From contig CAMBEE010000001.1 in the NCBI GenBank assembly GCA_945865665.1, positions 71,874 through 135,873 on the forward strand: a stretch of 64,000 nucleotides of DNA, given 5' to 3'. The position numbers were made by a program, and so were the translations under genes. Shown here one piece after another: positions 38,543-48,958 of this stretch; within the stretch, counting starts at the first letter, position 1; every line of letters starts with the position of its first letter. The notes below the pieces were generated by a model that made no database searches, was not told the DNA's origin, and worked only from the letters and a program-made list of their open reading frames with translations. The DNA is from an uncultured Clostridium sp. (GTDB lineage Bacteria; Bacillota; Clostridia; TANB77; CAG-508).

Positions 38543-39136
38543 TTATAAATTACTAAATAAATCTGTTTCTTTTAATTCTTTAAGTGATGGCCATTTTCCG
38601 TCTTTTTCAGATGTTAATAAATCTTCTGGTTTTAAATCACCCATAGGCCATTCAATTCCTATATCTGGGTCATCCCATTTAAGTCCACCTTCTGATTCAT
38701 GGTTATAAACATCATCACATTTATAAGCGAATTCAGCTTCATCTGATAAAACTAGAAATCCATGTGCAAATCCTTTTGGTATCATAAACATTTTTTTATT
38801 TTCTTCTGTTAATACAACACCTTCCCATTTTCCATATGTTTTGCTTCCTGGTCTTAAGTCGACTGCAACATCAAATACTGAACCTTTAATACATCTAACT
38901 AATTTTGATTGTGTATTTTCTTTTTGGAAATGTAATCCTCTTAAAACACCTTTTTTTGATTTTGATTGATTATCTTGTACAAAGTCATAATTTAATCCTA
39001 ATTCTTCAAAATCAGCCTTGCTGTACGTTTCCATAAAGTATCCTCTGTTATCACCAAATACTGTTGGTTCTACAATACATACACCTTCAATAGATGTATC
39101 AATTTTTTTAAATTTTCCCATTTTAATTATCTCCAT
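38543..39136 (-). CDS. rfbC: dTDP-4-dehydrorhamnose 3,5-epimerase
   Basis: GVCIVEPTVFGDNRGYF...GLHFQ...QSKLVRCIKGSVFDVAVDLR is the RmlC cupin fold. The start is uncertain: the track uses TTG at 39157; ATG alternatives are at 39136 and 39121. Confidence 0.9.
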   Translation of the reverse strand: MEIIKMGKFKKIDTSIEGVCIVEPTVFGDNRGYFMETYSKADFEELGLNYDFVQDNQSKSKKGVLRGLHFQKENTQSKLVRCIKGSVFDVAVDLRPGSKTYGKWEGVVLTEENKKMFMIPKGFAHGFLVLSDEAEFAYKCDDVYNHESEGGLKWDDPDIGIEWPMGDLKPEDLLTSEKDGKWPSLKELKETDLFSNL

Positions 39137-39191
39137 TCTTTCAACATTATTCGACAAATCATTGAGACATATTTGGACTGTCCCACTTGTC

Positions 39192-40064
39192 CTATTTTAT
39201 TAAAGCTTTTAAATATTTTCCATAGTCTGTTTTCATATATTTATCAGCTAATTTAGATAATTGTTCTGCTGTTATCCATTTGTTTTGATAAGCTATTTCT
39301 TCTGGGCAACATACTTGCATTCCTTGTCTTTTTTCTATTGTTTGTACAAAGCTTGCTGTTTCTAGTAATGCATCATGTGTTCCTGTATCAAACCAAGTCA
39401 TACCTCTTCCAAATGTTTCAACATATAATTTGTTCATTTTCATGTATTCTTCATTTACTGTTGTTATTTCTAATTCTCCTCTTGCTGATGGTTTTACATT
39501 TTTAGCAATTTCTACAACATCATTTGTATAGAAATATAATCCTGGTACAGCATAGTCAGATTTTGGATTTTCCGGCTTTTCTTCTATTGATATTGCTTTG
39601 CCATTTTCATCTATTTCGACAACACCATAAGCTCTTGGATCTTTTACTTTATATCCAAATATTGTTGATTCATTTTCTCTATCATTTGCTCTTTTTAGCA
39701 TTTCTGATAAATGAGAACCATAGAACATGTTGTCACCTAGAATCATTGCAACATTATCTTCTCCGATAAAATCTTCACCAATTATAAATGCTTCTGCAAG
39801 TCCATTTGGTTTTTCTTGTATTTTGTATTCAAATTTCATTCCCCATTGTGAACCATCACCTAATAATGTTTTAAATGTCTCATTGTCTCTTGGTGTTGTT
39901 ATAATTAATACTTCCCTGATTCCTGCTTCCATTAATACTGATAATGGATAGTAAATCATTGGTTTGTCGTATACTGGCATAATTTGTTTTGATATAGCAT
40001 GTGTTAATGGATATAATCTTGTTCCACTTCCTCCTGCTAAAATAATTCCTTTTCTGTTTTTCAT
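39192..40064 (-). CDS. rfbA: Glucose-1-phosphate thymidylyltransferase
   Basis: [16 protein letters not shown] nucleotidyltransferase motif. 290 aa. Confidence 0.9.
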   Translation of the reverse strand: MKNRKGIILAGGSGTRLYPLTHAISKQIMPVYDKPMIYYPLSVLMEAGIREVLIITTPRDNETFKTLLGDGSQWGMKFEYKIQEKPNGLAEAFIIGEDFIGEDNVAMILGDNMFYGSHLSEMLKRANDRENESTIFGYKVKDPRAYGVVEIDENGKAISIEEKPENPKSDYAVPGLYFYTNDVVEIAKNVKPSARGELEITTVNEEYMKMNKLYVETFGRGMTWFDTGTHDALLETASFVQTIEKRQGMQVCCPEEIAYQNKWITAEQLSKLADKYMKTDYGKYLKALIK

Positions 40065-40133
40065 TTTACATTCATTCCCTTCATTTAAAACTAAATGTTA
40101 ATTAAAAATTTATTATTAAAATTTATTTCAGCT

Positions 40134-41006
40134 TTATTCTTCTATATTTTTTGCTTCTTCTAAATATCTTCTTAAACCATCTTTCCACTCTGGAACAACT
40201 ATTCCACATGCTTCAAGTTTTGCTTTTGACATTTGAGAGTTAAATGGTCTTTTAGCTTGTGTAACTTTCATCATTTCAATATATTCTTCTGTTGTTACAG
40301 GATTTACTTTACATTCAATTCCTTGTTCTTTTAAGATTTCTTTTGTAAAGTCATACCATGTTGTATATCCATTATTTGTTGCATTATATACTCCATAAGG
40401 TATTTTTTTTGTTACTGCTTGATATATTATTTCTGTTAAATCTTTTGCATATGTTGGACTTCCATGTTGATCTGATACTACACTTATTTCATCTCTTGTT
40501 GAACCCAATTTTGTCATTGTTTTAACAAAATTATTTCCACCAACTCCATATAACCATGCTGTTCTAAAGATGTAGTATTCATCCATATTTTTTTCTATTC
40601 CTTCTTCACCATGCAACTTTGTTTTTCCATATACTGTTACAGGTGCTTTTGTATCATCTTCTTTATAATCTTTTGAAACATCTAAATCTCCACCAAATAC
40701 ATAGTCTGTTGAAATATGTACTAGTTTTGCTCCAGCTGCTTTTGCTGCTTTTGCAAGATTTGTTGGTCCATCTCCATTTATTTTATCTGCTAATTCATAG
40801 CATTCTTCTGCTTTATCAACAGCTGTAAATGCTGCACAGTTTATTACATAATCAGGTTTTAAATCTGTAATAAATTTCATAACAGCGTCTCCGTCTGTTA
40901 TGTCTAATTCTGCTACATCTGTTGCTATTATTTCATTTCCTTCTGCAAATTTTTCTTTTACTTCTTTTGCGAGCATTCCATTTGCTCCTGTTACTAAAAT
41001 TTTCAT
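40134..41006 (-). CDS. rfbD: dTDP-4-dehydrorhamnose reductase
   Basis: MKILVTGANGMLA NAD-binding fold. YGKTKLHGE catalytic YxxxK. Confidence 0.9.
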   Translation of the reverse strand: MKILVTGANGMLAKEVKEKFAEGNEIIATDVAELDITDGDAVMKFITDLKPDYVINCAAFTAVDKAEECYELADKINGDGPTNLAKAAKAAGAKLVHISTDYVFGGDLDVSKDYKEDDTKAPVTVYGKTKLHGEEGIEKNMDEYYIFRTAWLYGVGGNNFVKTMTKLGSTRDEISVVSDQHGSPTYAKDLTEIIYQAVTKKIPYGVYNATNNGYTTWYDFTKEILKEQGIECKVNPVTTEEYIEMMKVTQAKRPFNSQMSKAKLEACGIVVPEWKDGLRRYLEEAKNIEE

Positions 41007-41119
41007 TTTTTTACCTTCTTTCTTTTATTTAAGAAATTTTTGTATTTTACCGTTACAATAATATCATTAAAAAGCAAAAAGTGCAAGTATTTCTTGCACT
41101 TTTTACAATAATATAATTC

Positions 41120-42496
41120 TTACAAATGTATATATTTTATTATATTAACAAAACCTGAAACTAAAATAAATATTATTAATATAACATAAAATTTATTTTT
41201 ATTCTCATTTTTAAAGAGTTCCTTTAGTAAAGCAGAACATACAATTAAGTTCATAATATCATTAACAAAAAAGATTCTGCTTCCTGATGCAAAAATCGTA
41301 GGTGAAAAGCTCAAAGCAAGCGAAGCACAAATTCCAGCAAAATATATTAATGTATATACAATTGATTTTTTTAAGTCTTTAAAACTATAAAAAACTAATA
41401 CACTTAACAATAGTAAAACAAAAGTTCCAATTATTATTTGAAAATATTTAAATGGGCTACATATTGTATCTATAGAATATGTACTAAATGAAAATAATAA
41501 TTCATTTAATTTAGCTTCTATATTAAAACTTACAACTCTTGAAAATAAAGCATTAAAAGGTATTGTTTTTAATAAAGAGTATCCTAATGGTATTATGGAT
41601 AAAATTGTTCTATTTTTATCTTTACTTTTTATTGATAATAATGTTATTGCTATTGAAATTATTAATATAATCAATGGGCTTTTATTTATCAAATGGTCAA
41701 TTGTTAATGAACCACCTAGAAATATTTTATCAAACATAGATAACATATCAAAGTCTTGATAATATCTTAATAATTCGGCTTCAAATCTAACATTATTTCC
41801 CTTTACAGCAAAAGATGTTATAAAAACCATTATTGTAAGTATATAATTAAATATCATAGCTTTAGGAATTTTCTTTTTTCCAATTATTGATAAAATTAAT
41901 AGTATAGTGGAAAATACAACCAATACTGCTCCTGTTTGTTCAATATTGCTTGCCAAAACTCCTGATAAAAAGTATATAATATATTCCCATTTTTTTATCT
42001 TTTGACAATTTAATATTTTTACAAATGGTATCATTGCAATCACCAATGCTGTAGTAGGCCATAAATAATTAAATGCACCAGTTATCCATATTACAGCTTC
42101 TCCCAATATTAATTCATCAATACATAAGAATAGTGAAATTATCATAAATAACATAACTCCCTTATTTCCTATTTCTTTTTCTGTACTTATATTTATTATT
42201 TTATAAATTGAATAAATCAATATAGTTATTACAAATGCATTTGCAAGTATAAATATTTTTGTATTAATATTTAAAAATATTGTACACAGTCCTAGAGCTA
42301 TTATTCTTCCTCCCCATAAAGTTCTAAATTCTTTAGCCCATGTAAAAAAAGTAAAAATACTGTTAAATGTGTTTTTATATACCACGTCATCTGGTGTATT
42401 ATTTAATGGTATTGACATTACTATCAAACCGCAAATAAAAATTATTCCAAATATAATAATATTTTTTAATTTATTTTTTTTCATTATTTTCTCCAA
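41120..42496 (-). CDS. Polytopic membrane protein (polymerase/ligase- or GT-C-like), hypothetical
   Basis: More than 10 TM segments. Embedded in the polysaccharide locus. Confidence 0.5.
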   Translation of the reverse strand: MEKIMKKNKLKNIIIFGIIFICGLIVMSIPLNNTPDDVVYKNTFNSIFTFFTWAKEFRTLWGGRIIALGLCTIFLNINTKIFILANAFVITILIYSIYKIINISTEKEIGNKGVMLFMIISLFLCIDELILGEAVIWITGAFNYLWPTTALVIAMIPFVKILNCQKIKKWEYIIYFLSGVLASNIEQTGAVLVVFSTILLILSIIGKKKIPKAMIFNYILTIMVFITSFAVKGNNVRFEAELLRYYQDFDMLSMFDKIFLGGSLTIDHLINKSPLIILIISIAITLLSIKSKDKNRTILSIIPLGYSLLKTIPFNALFSRVVSFNIEAKLNELLFSFSTYSIDTICSPFKYFQIIIGTFVLLLLSVLVFYSFKDLKKSIVYTLIYFAGICASLALSFSPTIFASGSRIFFVNDIMNLIVCSALLKELFKNENKNKFYVILIIFILVSGFVNIIKYIHL

Positions 42497-43037
42497 TTAT
42501 TGTTAAATTTTTATAATATACTTTATCTAATTTTTTATAATCTTCTTTGTAATCTTTTTTAATAATTCCAACACTGTATTTATCATTCAAAATATTCTTA
42601 TTTAAGAAAATCCCAACTATATAAATATATCCATCTTTATCCATTTTATCAAAATTATCAAGCAAATTTTTGTCATCAATTATAGTTTTTACTTTATAAT
42701 TTTTATCATTATTGCTTAATATAATTGTATAATTGAAATAATAATTTCTTCCTTCTCCCAAAGTATAGTTATAACGTTTTTTTAATTCTTCTTCATTCAT
42801 TTTTTTCTTTACAGTTATTTTAGAAAAAGTATTTCCTTGTTCTATACTTTCAATTTCAAATGTTTCATTATTATTTTCAACCATTTGAACGTCATCTTTT
42901 ATTGAGACTTTTTTAGGTACTATATTATTTATATAATATATTGCTGCTCCTAAACAAACTATTATAAAAAATATTAAAGAAAGTACTATTAAATTTATAT
43001 TTTGTATTTTTTTCATTTCTAATATCTTTCCTCTCAT
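42471..43037 (-). CDS. Membrane-anchored hypothetical protein
   Basis: Single N-terminal TM LIVLSLIFFIIVCLGAAIYY then a soluble domain. It overlaps its neighbour. Confidence 0.45.
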   Translation of the reverse strand: MRGKILEMKKIQNINLIVLSLIFFIIVCLGAAIYYINNIVPKKVSIKDDVQMVENNNETFEIESIEQGNTFSKITVKKKMNEEELKKRYNYTLGEGRNYYFNYTIILSNNDKNYKVKTIIDDKNLLDNFDKMDKDGYIYIVGIFLNKNILNDKYSVGIIKKDYKEDYKKLDKVYYKNLTIIGENNEKK

Positions 43038-43111
43038 AATATATAAATTTGGTTGAAAAACAATTTAAATTAATGATATTCAAATTTATAATTATTTTTC
43101 AACCTAATTTT

Positions 43112-44053
43112 TTATTTTATATTAATTTTTTTATCAACAATATATTGTGGTCTTTGTTTACATTCATCATAGATTCTGCCAACGTATTCAGCAATAATCC
43201 AAATAGACATCAATTGAATACCTGCAAAAAATGTTATAACAACCATTATTGAAGTCCATCCAGCTGATAAATTAGGAGAATGGCAAGCAAAAGAAACTAA
43301 TGCATAGATCAATAATATAACTGATATTACAATTGATATCATTCCTAAAGCCCCAACTAATTTTAAAGGTTTTGTTGAAAAACTAATTATACCATCTGAA
43401 GCTAATTTTAACATTTTCTTTAATGGATATTTTGTTTCTCCAGCAAATCTTTCTTTTCTTTCATATTCAAATGGAGCTTGTTTATATCCAACCCAGCTGA
43501 ATAATCCTCTTAAAAATTTATTGTGTTCTGGTAAAGAATTTACAGTATCTACAACTTTTCTATCAACAAGTCTGAAATCTCCTGTATCTTTTGGAATTTC
43601 GACATCTGATAATGCATTTAAAGTTTTGTAGAACATTTTTGCTGTAAATAATTTAAATGCACTCTCCCCTTCTCTTGATTTTCTTTTTCCGTAAATTACT
43701 TCGTTTCCTTCTTCCCATAATTTTAACATATCTGGTATTAGTTCTGGTGGGTCTTGAAGGTCTGCATCCATTATTACTATTGCATCACCTGTTACATATT
43801 GAAGTCCTGCTGTTACTGCTGCTTGATGTCCAAAGTTTCTTGAAAATGATATTACTTTAACATCTGTATCTTTTTTTGCAATGTCATCAAGAATTTCTAA
43901 TGTTTTGTCTTTACTTCCATCATTTACAAAAATTATTTCATGATCATAATTTTCTAATTTTACTAAATTTTCTTTAACTCTTTTGTAGCATTCTTCTGCA
44001 ACTTTTTCTTCGTAGTACATTGGTATTACTAGTGTTACTTTTTTCTTTTCCAT
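43112..44053 (-). CDS. GT2 polyprenol-phosphate glycosyltransferase (GtrB/CsbB/ArnC-like)
   Basis: VTLVIPMYYEE...NDGSKDKT...IMDADLQDPPELI, plus two C-terminal TM segments. Confidence 0.85.
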   Translation of the reverse strand: MEKKKVTLVIPMYYEEKVAEECYKRVKENLVKLENYDHEIIFVNDGSKDKTLEILDDIAKKDTDVKVISFSRNFGHQAAVTAGLQYVTGDAIVIMDADLQDPPELIPDMLKLWEEGNEVIYGKRKSREGESAFKLFTAKMFYKTLNALSDVEIPKDTGDFRLVDRKVVDTVNSLPEHNKFLRGLFSWVGYKQAPFEYERKERFAGETKYPLKKMLKLASDGIISFSTKPLKLVGALGMISIVISVILLIYALVSFACHSPNLSAGWTSIMVVITFFAGIQLMSIWIIAEYVGRIYDECKQRPQYIVDKKINIK

Positions 44054-44116
44054 ATATATCTTCTCCTTTTTTATATAATAGAAAATTTATAATTTTCTAT
44101 ATACAATGATTTTAAT

Positions 44117-45754
44117 TTATTTGTGCTTAAAAGTCAATATTATTTTTCTTAAACTATTTGTCAAACCATATGTTCCTACCAATATAAATATTGGAATATG
44201 ATTAATTAAATACCTTGATCTACCTTCAAATAATAATATAAATAAAATTATTCCAATTATTGTTATTTTACATATGTCTATATTCTTTTTGTTTTCTTTT
44301 CTATTATTTGAAAATATTAACCCAATTGTTACCAAAATCCATGATATTTGCATTATATTTGCAGTAATATTTTTATATATTTTTGTAGTTGGATCAACGA
44401 ATTTTTGAACTTTTTTTGCTATATTACTTTTATTATAAAAAATTTCTGAATTCCAGTATCCCTCTTGTCCATAAAAAAATGTTCCATCTGATAATATCCA
44501 ATTTGCCTTATTATATAGAAATTTGGAATATCCCAATACCCCGAAATCTTTTAATCTTTCTTTTATTATTTTTATATTATGTTCTTTTTTGGCTTTACTT
44601 CCAGTAATAGCTACAGTTCCACTTACGTCATTTTCATTGTATGCCCCATATAACGTTTGATTTTTTCCCTCTGTTTTAAAATCATTTGGTCTTTCTTGCA
44701 TTCCCATCATTAAAAAATGTACAAATGATACTGAATTATTTTCATATTCTTCCTTAGAAATAATTTTGCCTAAATTTTTTTCTTTGATTTTTGAATATCC
44801 AGAAAAATATCCCCCAAATCCAATTACAAATATGGCAATTATTATTAATATATACTTAGATTTTTTTATAAAATCTTGTCTAGTAAATTTTATATTATTA
44901 ATATTTAAAATTTCTACTAGTATAATTGCTATTGGCATAATAGCTACTGTTGGTTTTAATGTTATTCCAAATGCAGTTATTATACTATTCAAAAATATCA
45001 ATAAATATTTTTTTACATCTTTACATGATTTTTCTTTTTGCTTTATATATAAATATAATATCATTATAGGAAATACCATTGTTATAGTATCTGTATATGG
45101 TATTAATATATTAGGTGAAAATATCATTAATGGTAATATAAAAATTAATGATAAATATGCTTGTTTTTTTCCTAAAATTTTTTTTGCACATAAAAATGTA
45201 AAAACTGCTGATATATCAACAACAACAATATTGAAAATTGTTGCTATAAAGAAAGCTCTTGATGCTGTTAAATTATGTATAAATATTTTAAAAAATGCAA
45301 ATAAATATTTCATTAAAAGTAATATACCAATGTTATTAGGATATCTAGAAAAATATATACTAAACAAATCATCTCCGTTTATTAATGCAAGAGCATTATT
45401 TATTACTAGGCTACAATCCCATCCACATGAGGTATATGAAAATTTTGCCAATAAAAATTGCAATAAAAAAATTACTAAAAATATGAAAAGTCCAAAAATC
45501 CATTTTGGACTTTTCTCTAAAAAACTGCAATTTTTCTTTTTATACTCATAATATATAATTAGCAGCATTAAATAAGCTAAAGCCGTCACTATTATCATTA
45601 CAGGTATACTATAATTAAAAGCTATAGTTTTATTAAAAAATAAAGTATTTAATAGAACTATACTAAAAAATATCGAAAATATTATCGAAATTATTTTAAT
45701 CACTATTCTCTCTAAATTTTTCATTTTTAATATTTTCTCCTTTATAAAGTACAA
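44117..45754 (-). CDS. Large polytopic membrane glycosyltransferase (GT-C / type-specific Gtr or YfhO-like)
   Basis: About 12 TM segments. Sits between the gtrA-like and gtrB-like genes. Confidence 0.55.
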   Translation of the reverse strand: MYFIKEKILKMKNLERIVIKIISIIFSIFFSIVLLNTLFFNKTIAFNYSIPVMIIVTALAYLMLLIIYYEYKKKNCSFLEKSPKWIFGLFIFLVIFLLQFLLAKFSYTSCGWDCSLVINNALALINGDDLFSIYFSRYPNNIGILLLMKYLFAFFKIFIHNLTASRAFFIATIFNIVVVDISAVFTFLCAKKILGKKQAYLSLIFILPLMIFSPNILIPYTDTITMVFPIMILYLYIKQKEKSCKDVKKYLLIFLNSIITAFGITLKPTVAIMPIAIILVEILNINNIKFTRQDFIKKSKYILIIIAIFVIGFGGYFSGYSKIKEKNLGKIISKEEYENNSVSFVHFLMMGMQERPNDFKTEGKNQTLYGAYNENDVSGTVAITGSKAKKEHNIKIIKERLKDFGVLGYSKFLYNKANWILSDGTFFYGQEGYWNSEIFYNKSNIAKKVQKFVDPTTKIYKNITANIMQISWILVTIGLIFSNNRKENKKNIDICKITIIGIILFILLFEGRSRYLINHIPIFILVGTYGLTNSLRKIILTFKHK

Positions 45755-46201
45755 TTATTTTTCTTTTGTTGTTTCATTTTTACTCTCTTTTTTAAAAACA
45801 AATAATTTGCTAAAAATATAATTAGATACAATTATAACTATTTGTGATATTATCTTTACTATTTTATCGTTGCAACGTAATACAGTTACACCTAGCCACA
45901 TTATTATCATATCCATTATAAGTGTTGTTACTCTTGCTAAAACAAATTTACTAGCTTCTTTTACTTTGTTTTTTTCACTACTTTCAAAAACATATTTTCT
46001 ATTGGTAAAATACGCAAATGTAACACCTGCCACCCATGATAAAATATTTGCAATTTGTAACTGTATTGCGTTATCTGGATTTAAAAATGTATACACAGAT
46101 GCATAGTATACTATTAAAGACACAACTGTTGTTAATACTCCAAATATTAAATAATTTATTACTTCTTTATATTTTTTATATAACTCTGTTATTTTTTCCA
46201 T
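45755..46201 (-). CDS. GtrA-family flippase-like small membrane protein
   Basis: 148 aa, 4 TM. YLIFGVLTTVVSLIVYY...AYFTNRKYVF is the GtrA signature. Confidence 0.8.
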   Translation of the reverse strand: MEKITELYKKYKEVINYLIFGVLTTVVSLIVYYASVYTFLNPDNAIQLQIANILSWVAGVTFAYFTNRKYVFESSEKNKVKEASKFVLARVTTLIMDMIIMWLGVTVLRCNDKIVKIISQIVIIVSNYIFSKLFVFKKESKNETTKEK

Positions 46202-46260
46202 TTACTTTTCCTCTTCTAAATTTTTATAATACATCATTATGCTATAATCATAGTCATCCA

Positions 46261-48447
46261 TTATAACATATATTTTTTGTAGCATATATTTCTATCAACA
46301 TTTCCTAATATACCACTTGTCTGTCCAGAACTTGTATATTGCCAAATAGAATATTTTCCATTATATCCAGGATCATTAGCTCTATAACTTGCAATCCAAG
46401 TATCATACGCTGACAAATCTGACATATTTAGATAATTATATGCCCAATCAACGTTACAGTATATTATTGGAACGTATCCAGCATTTTGTATTACTTCACA
46501 AAATAGTCTTGCTAGATATGTACGTGTGTTTTTGTCTAAATTTTGTGTTCTTGGTATATCTGATGGACTTTCTAATTTGGGTGCTTCTATATCAATTGCT
46601 ATAGGATAATCAATTTTATATTTTTTAACTCTTTCAACCACCCAATTAGCTTCTTGAATTGCTTCTTCACCATTTGTAGCTTGTGTTACAAAATAAACTC
46701 CAACAGGTAGCCCAGCTTGTCTTGCTCCTTGCATATTTAATCTAAACTGAGTATCTTCATTAAGTGTTCCTCTTGAACCATAACCTCTAAATCCAGCTCT
46801 TATAAAAGCAAAGTCTACTCCATCTCTTTTTACAAGTCCCCAGTTAATACTTCCATTAAACTGGCTTACATCTATTCCTTTATATGATCTTTTTTCTTTT
46901 TTAGGTACTAACCTTATTTCTATTGCCTCAATTCTTCTTCTTTGTCCAACTGTCCCTGCTGTTTCTCCATCTCTATACCAATCTGTCCATCCTTTATCTT
47001 GTATATGTACTTTATATTCCACTGTATATTTATCCATATTTTCAAGCATTATTTCTATAGCTTCTATTCTATAGGCCATTCCAGATGTTCCAGCCATGTT
47101 TCCATTTTGTTGCCAGCCTTGCCAGCCTATATTTTCTACATGAGTTCTATACACAATTTTAGCGTTTTGTGGTGCATTTAATAGGTTGATATTTAAAGCC
47201 TCTACTCTATACCCTAATCCTGTTGTACCTGACATATTTCCATCTTTTACATAACCCTGCCATCCAATTTCTTGTACATGAGATCTATATTGAACATGTA
47301 AACTATTGTCTATATTAAACGTAACGGAGTCTTTTACAAGTACAGTGTTGTCACTAGTATAAACTTCTATATATATTTTATGTTTTCCTTCAGACATTTC
47401 AGATGGGTCAATAGAAAATTCAAATCCCGGATTAGGATTTTCTATTTCTGTTCCAAATCCTTCTACCGATTTTATAACGTCTTTTCTTTCTTTATATGTT
47501 ATAAGTTTGTCTTCAACAACTTGATAATTATTGTCTATATAAGCTCTAATTTTAGTATTAGAAACATTTGACATTTTCCATCCACTTATCTTTATAGTAT
47601 TTAAGTTATAATATGTATAATCATTAGTTGGTGTATCTATATACATTTTACCTTTTTTTACTTTAGGAACTATTTTTATTTGTATTGCTTCCAAACGTAA
47701 ACATTTGCCTTGTGTACCAGCTATTTCTCCATCTGTCTTCCAGTCTTGCCATCCAATGTCTTGCACATGTACTCTATACATAATAGAATAATTTTCTGAA
47801 TGCTCCAGTTTTATTTTTATTGCTTCAAGTCTTAAGGCATTTCCTTGTGTTCCTGCCATTTCATCATCTTTCTTCCAATTTTGCCATCCAATATCTTGTA
47901 CATGTACTTGATAATCTATTTTTAAATTATTATCATTATTACCAATAAGTCTTATATTAAGCGCTTCAAGCCTATAGCACTTTCCTTGTGTTCCTGCAAC
48001 TTCTCCATTTTTAACATAATCTTGCCAACCTAGATTTTCTACATGCGTTCTATATTCGACTCCAAGTGTTTCAATTTTATTTGAATCTTCTGAACTATTC
48101 TCTAATACTTGAATATTATCCTCATATGTATTATTTCCTAAATCAGAATTATTTAGTGTGGCATTATTTTCTATAATATTATTAACAGACTCTGTATTTT
48201 CATTATTACTTTCATTTATTGCACTATTTTCTGTTTTATTTGTAGTATTATTTATTATTTCATTTAAATTGGTGTTGTTTTCACTATTTTCTAATTGATT
48301 TTCTTCTTTAGTTAATTCATTATTTGTTATATCTTTTACATTATCATTACCCAAATTCAATGCTTTTACATTATGCCCTATATTTAATAAAGCATTTAAT
48401 AAAATTACTAAAATTGTAATAATTGCTAAAAATCTACTTTTTTTCAT
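46261..48447 (-). CDS. Secreted GH25 muramidase (autolysin) with about 9 ChW-type repeats
   Basis: Signal peptide. Repeated 45-aa units Y(R/Q)(T/V)HV(E/Q)(N/D)IGWQ..AGT.G...R.EA, which are ChW-like. C-terminal GH25 domain GIDVSQFNGSINW...DFAFIRAG. Confidence 0.75.
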   Translation of the reverse strand: MKKSRFLAIITILVILLNALLNIGHNVKALNLGNDNVKDITNNELTKEENQLENSENNTNLNEIINNTTNKTENSAINESNNENTESVNNIIENNATLNNSDLGNNTYEDNIQVLENSSEDSNKIETLGVEYRTHVENLGWQDYVKNGEVAGTQGKCYRLEALNIRLIGNNDNNLKIDYQVHVQDIGWQNWKKDDEMAGTQGNALRLEAIKIKLEHSENYSIMYRVHVQDIGWQDWKTDGEIAGTQGKCLRLEAIQIKIVPKVKKGKMYIDTPTNDYTYYNLNTIKISGWKMSNVSNTKIRAYIDNNYQVVEDKLITYKERKDVIKSVEGFGTEIENPNPGFEFSIDPSEMSEGKHKIYIEVYTSDNTVLVKDSVTFNIDNSLHVQYRSHVQEIGWQGYVKDGNMSGTTGLGYRVEALNINLLNAPQNAKIVYRTHVENIGWQGWQQNGNMAGTSGMAYRIEAIEIMLENMDKYTVEYKVHIQDKGWTDWYRDGETAGTVGQRRRIEAIEIRLVPKKEKRSYKGIDVSQFNGSINWGLVKRDGVDFAFIRAGFRGYGSRGTLNEDTQFRLNMQGARQAGLPVGVYFVTQATNGEEAIQEANWVVERVKKYKIDYPIAIDIEAPKLESPSDIPRTQNLDKNTRTYLARLFCEVIQNAGYVPIIYCNVDWAYNYLNMSDLSAYDTWIASYRANDPGYNGKYSIWQYTSSGQTSGILGNVDRNICYKKYML

Positions 48448-48553
48448 AACCATTATACCCTTTTCTATAAAATATAATTTTATTATATATTTTTATTATA
48501 TATTTTTATTATATATTTTTAAAATCGTAAAATCAATGTTTTTATTTGGAAAT

Positions 48554-48934
48554 TTAAGCTGTTTGTTTCCAATTCATAACAACAATTCCAACTATTACAA
48601 GACTTGCACCTATAATTCCAGCTGTTGTTATATTTTCTTTGAATATAAATTTAGATGCTACTAAAGTTAATACTTGTACAATTCCTGTACATATTGGCAT
48701 TATATAGCTTAAATCAAACATAACAACTATTCTTGTAAATAATAAGAAACTACATAGATAGCAAACTAATCCTGCTAAACTTATTAAACTTATCCCAAAG
48801 TTTGCAGTACCTTCAGATACTGACAAACTTCCTGGATTTCCACCTTTTTTCATAAGTATTAATCCTGAAAGAGTTAATACTAAATATATTAATACTAATA
48901 CAAATTTCATAACGTTTTTTCTCCCTTTGATCAT
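48554..48934 (-). CDS. Small 4-TM SMR/EamA-like protein (ArnE/ArnF-like flippase subunit candidate)
   Basis: 126 aa with four hydrophobic helices, inside the glycosylation locus. Confidence 0.55.
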   Translation of the reverse strand: MIKGRKNVMKFVLVLIYLVLTLSGLILMKKGGNPGSLSVSEGTANFGISLISLAGLVCYLCSFLLFTRIVVMFDLSYIMPICTGIVQVLTLVASKFIFKENITTAGIIGASLVIVGIVVMNWKQTA

Positions 48935-48958
48935 TAGAATTTCTCCTCGTTTTTTATA

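Noticed and set aside
44766-45551. 261-aa plus-strand ORF opposite the large membrane glycosyltransferase
   Set aside because: It is antisense to a TM-rich gene, a classic shadow ORF of hydrophobic coding sequence.
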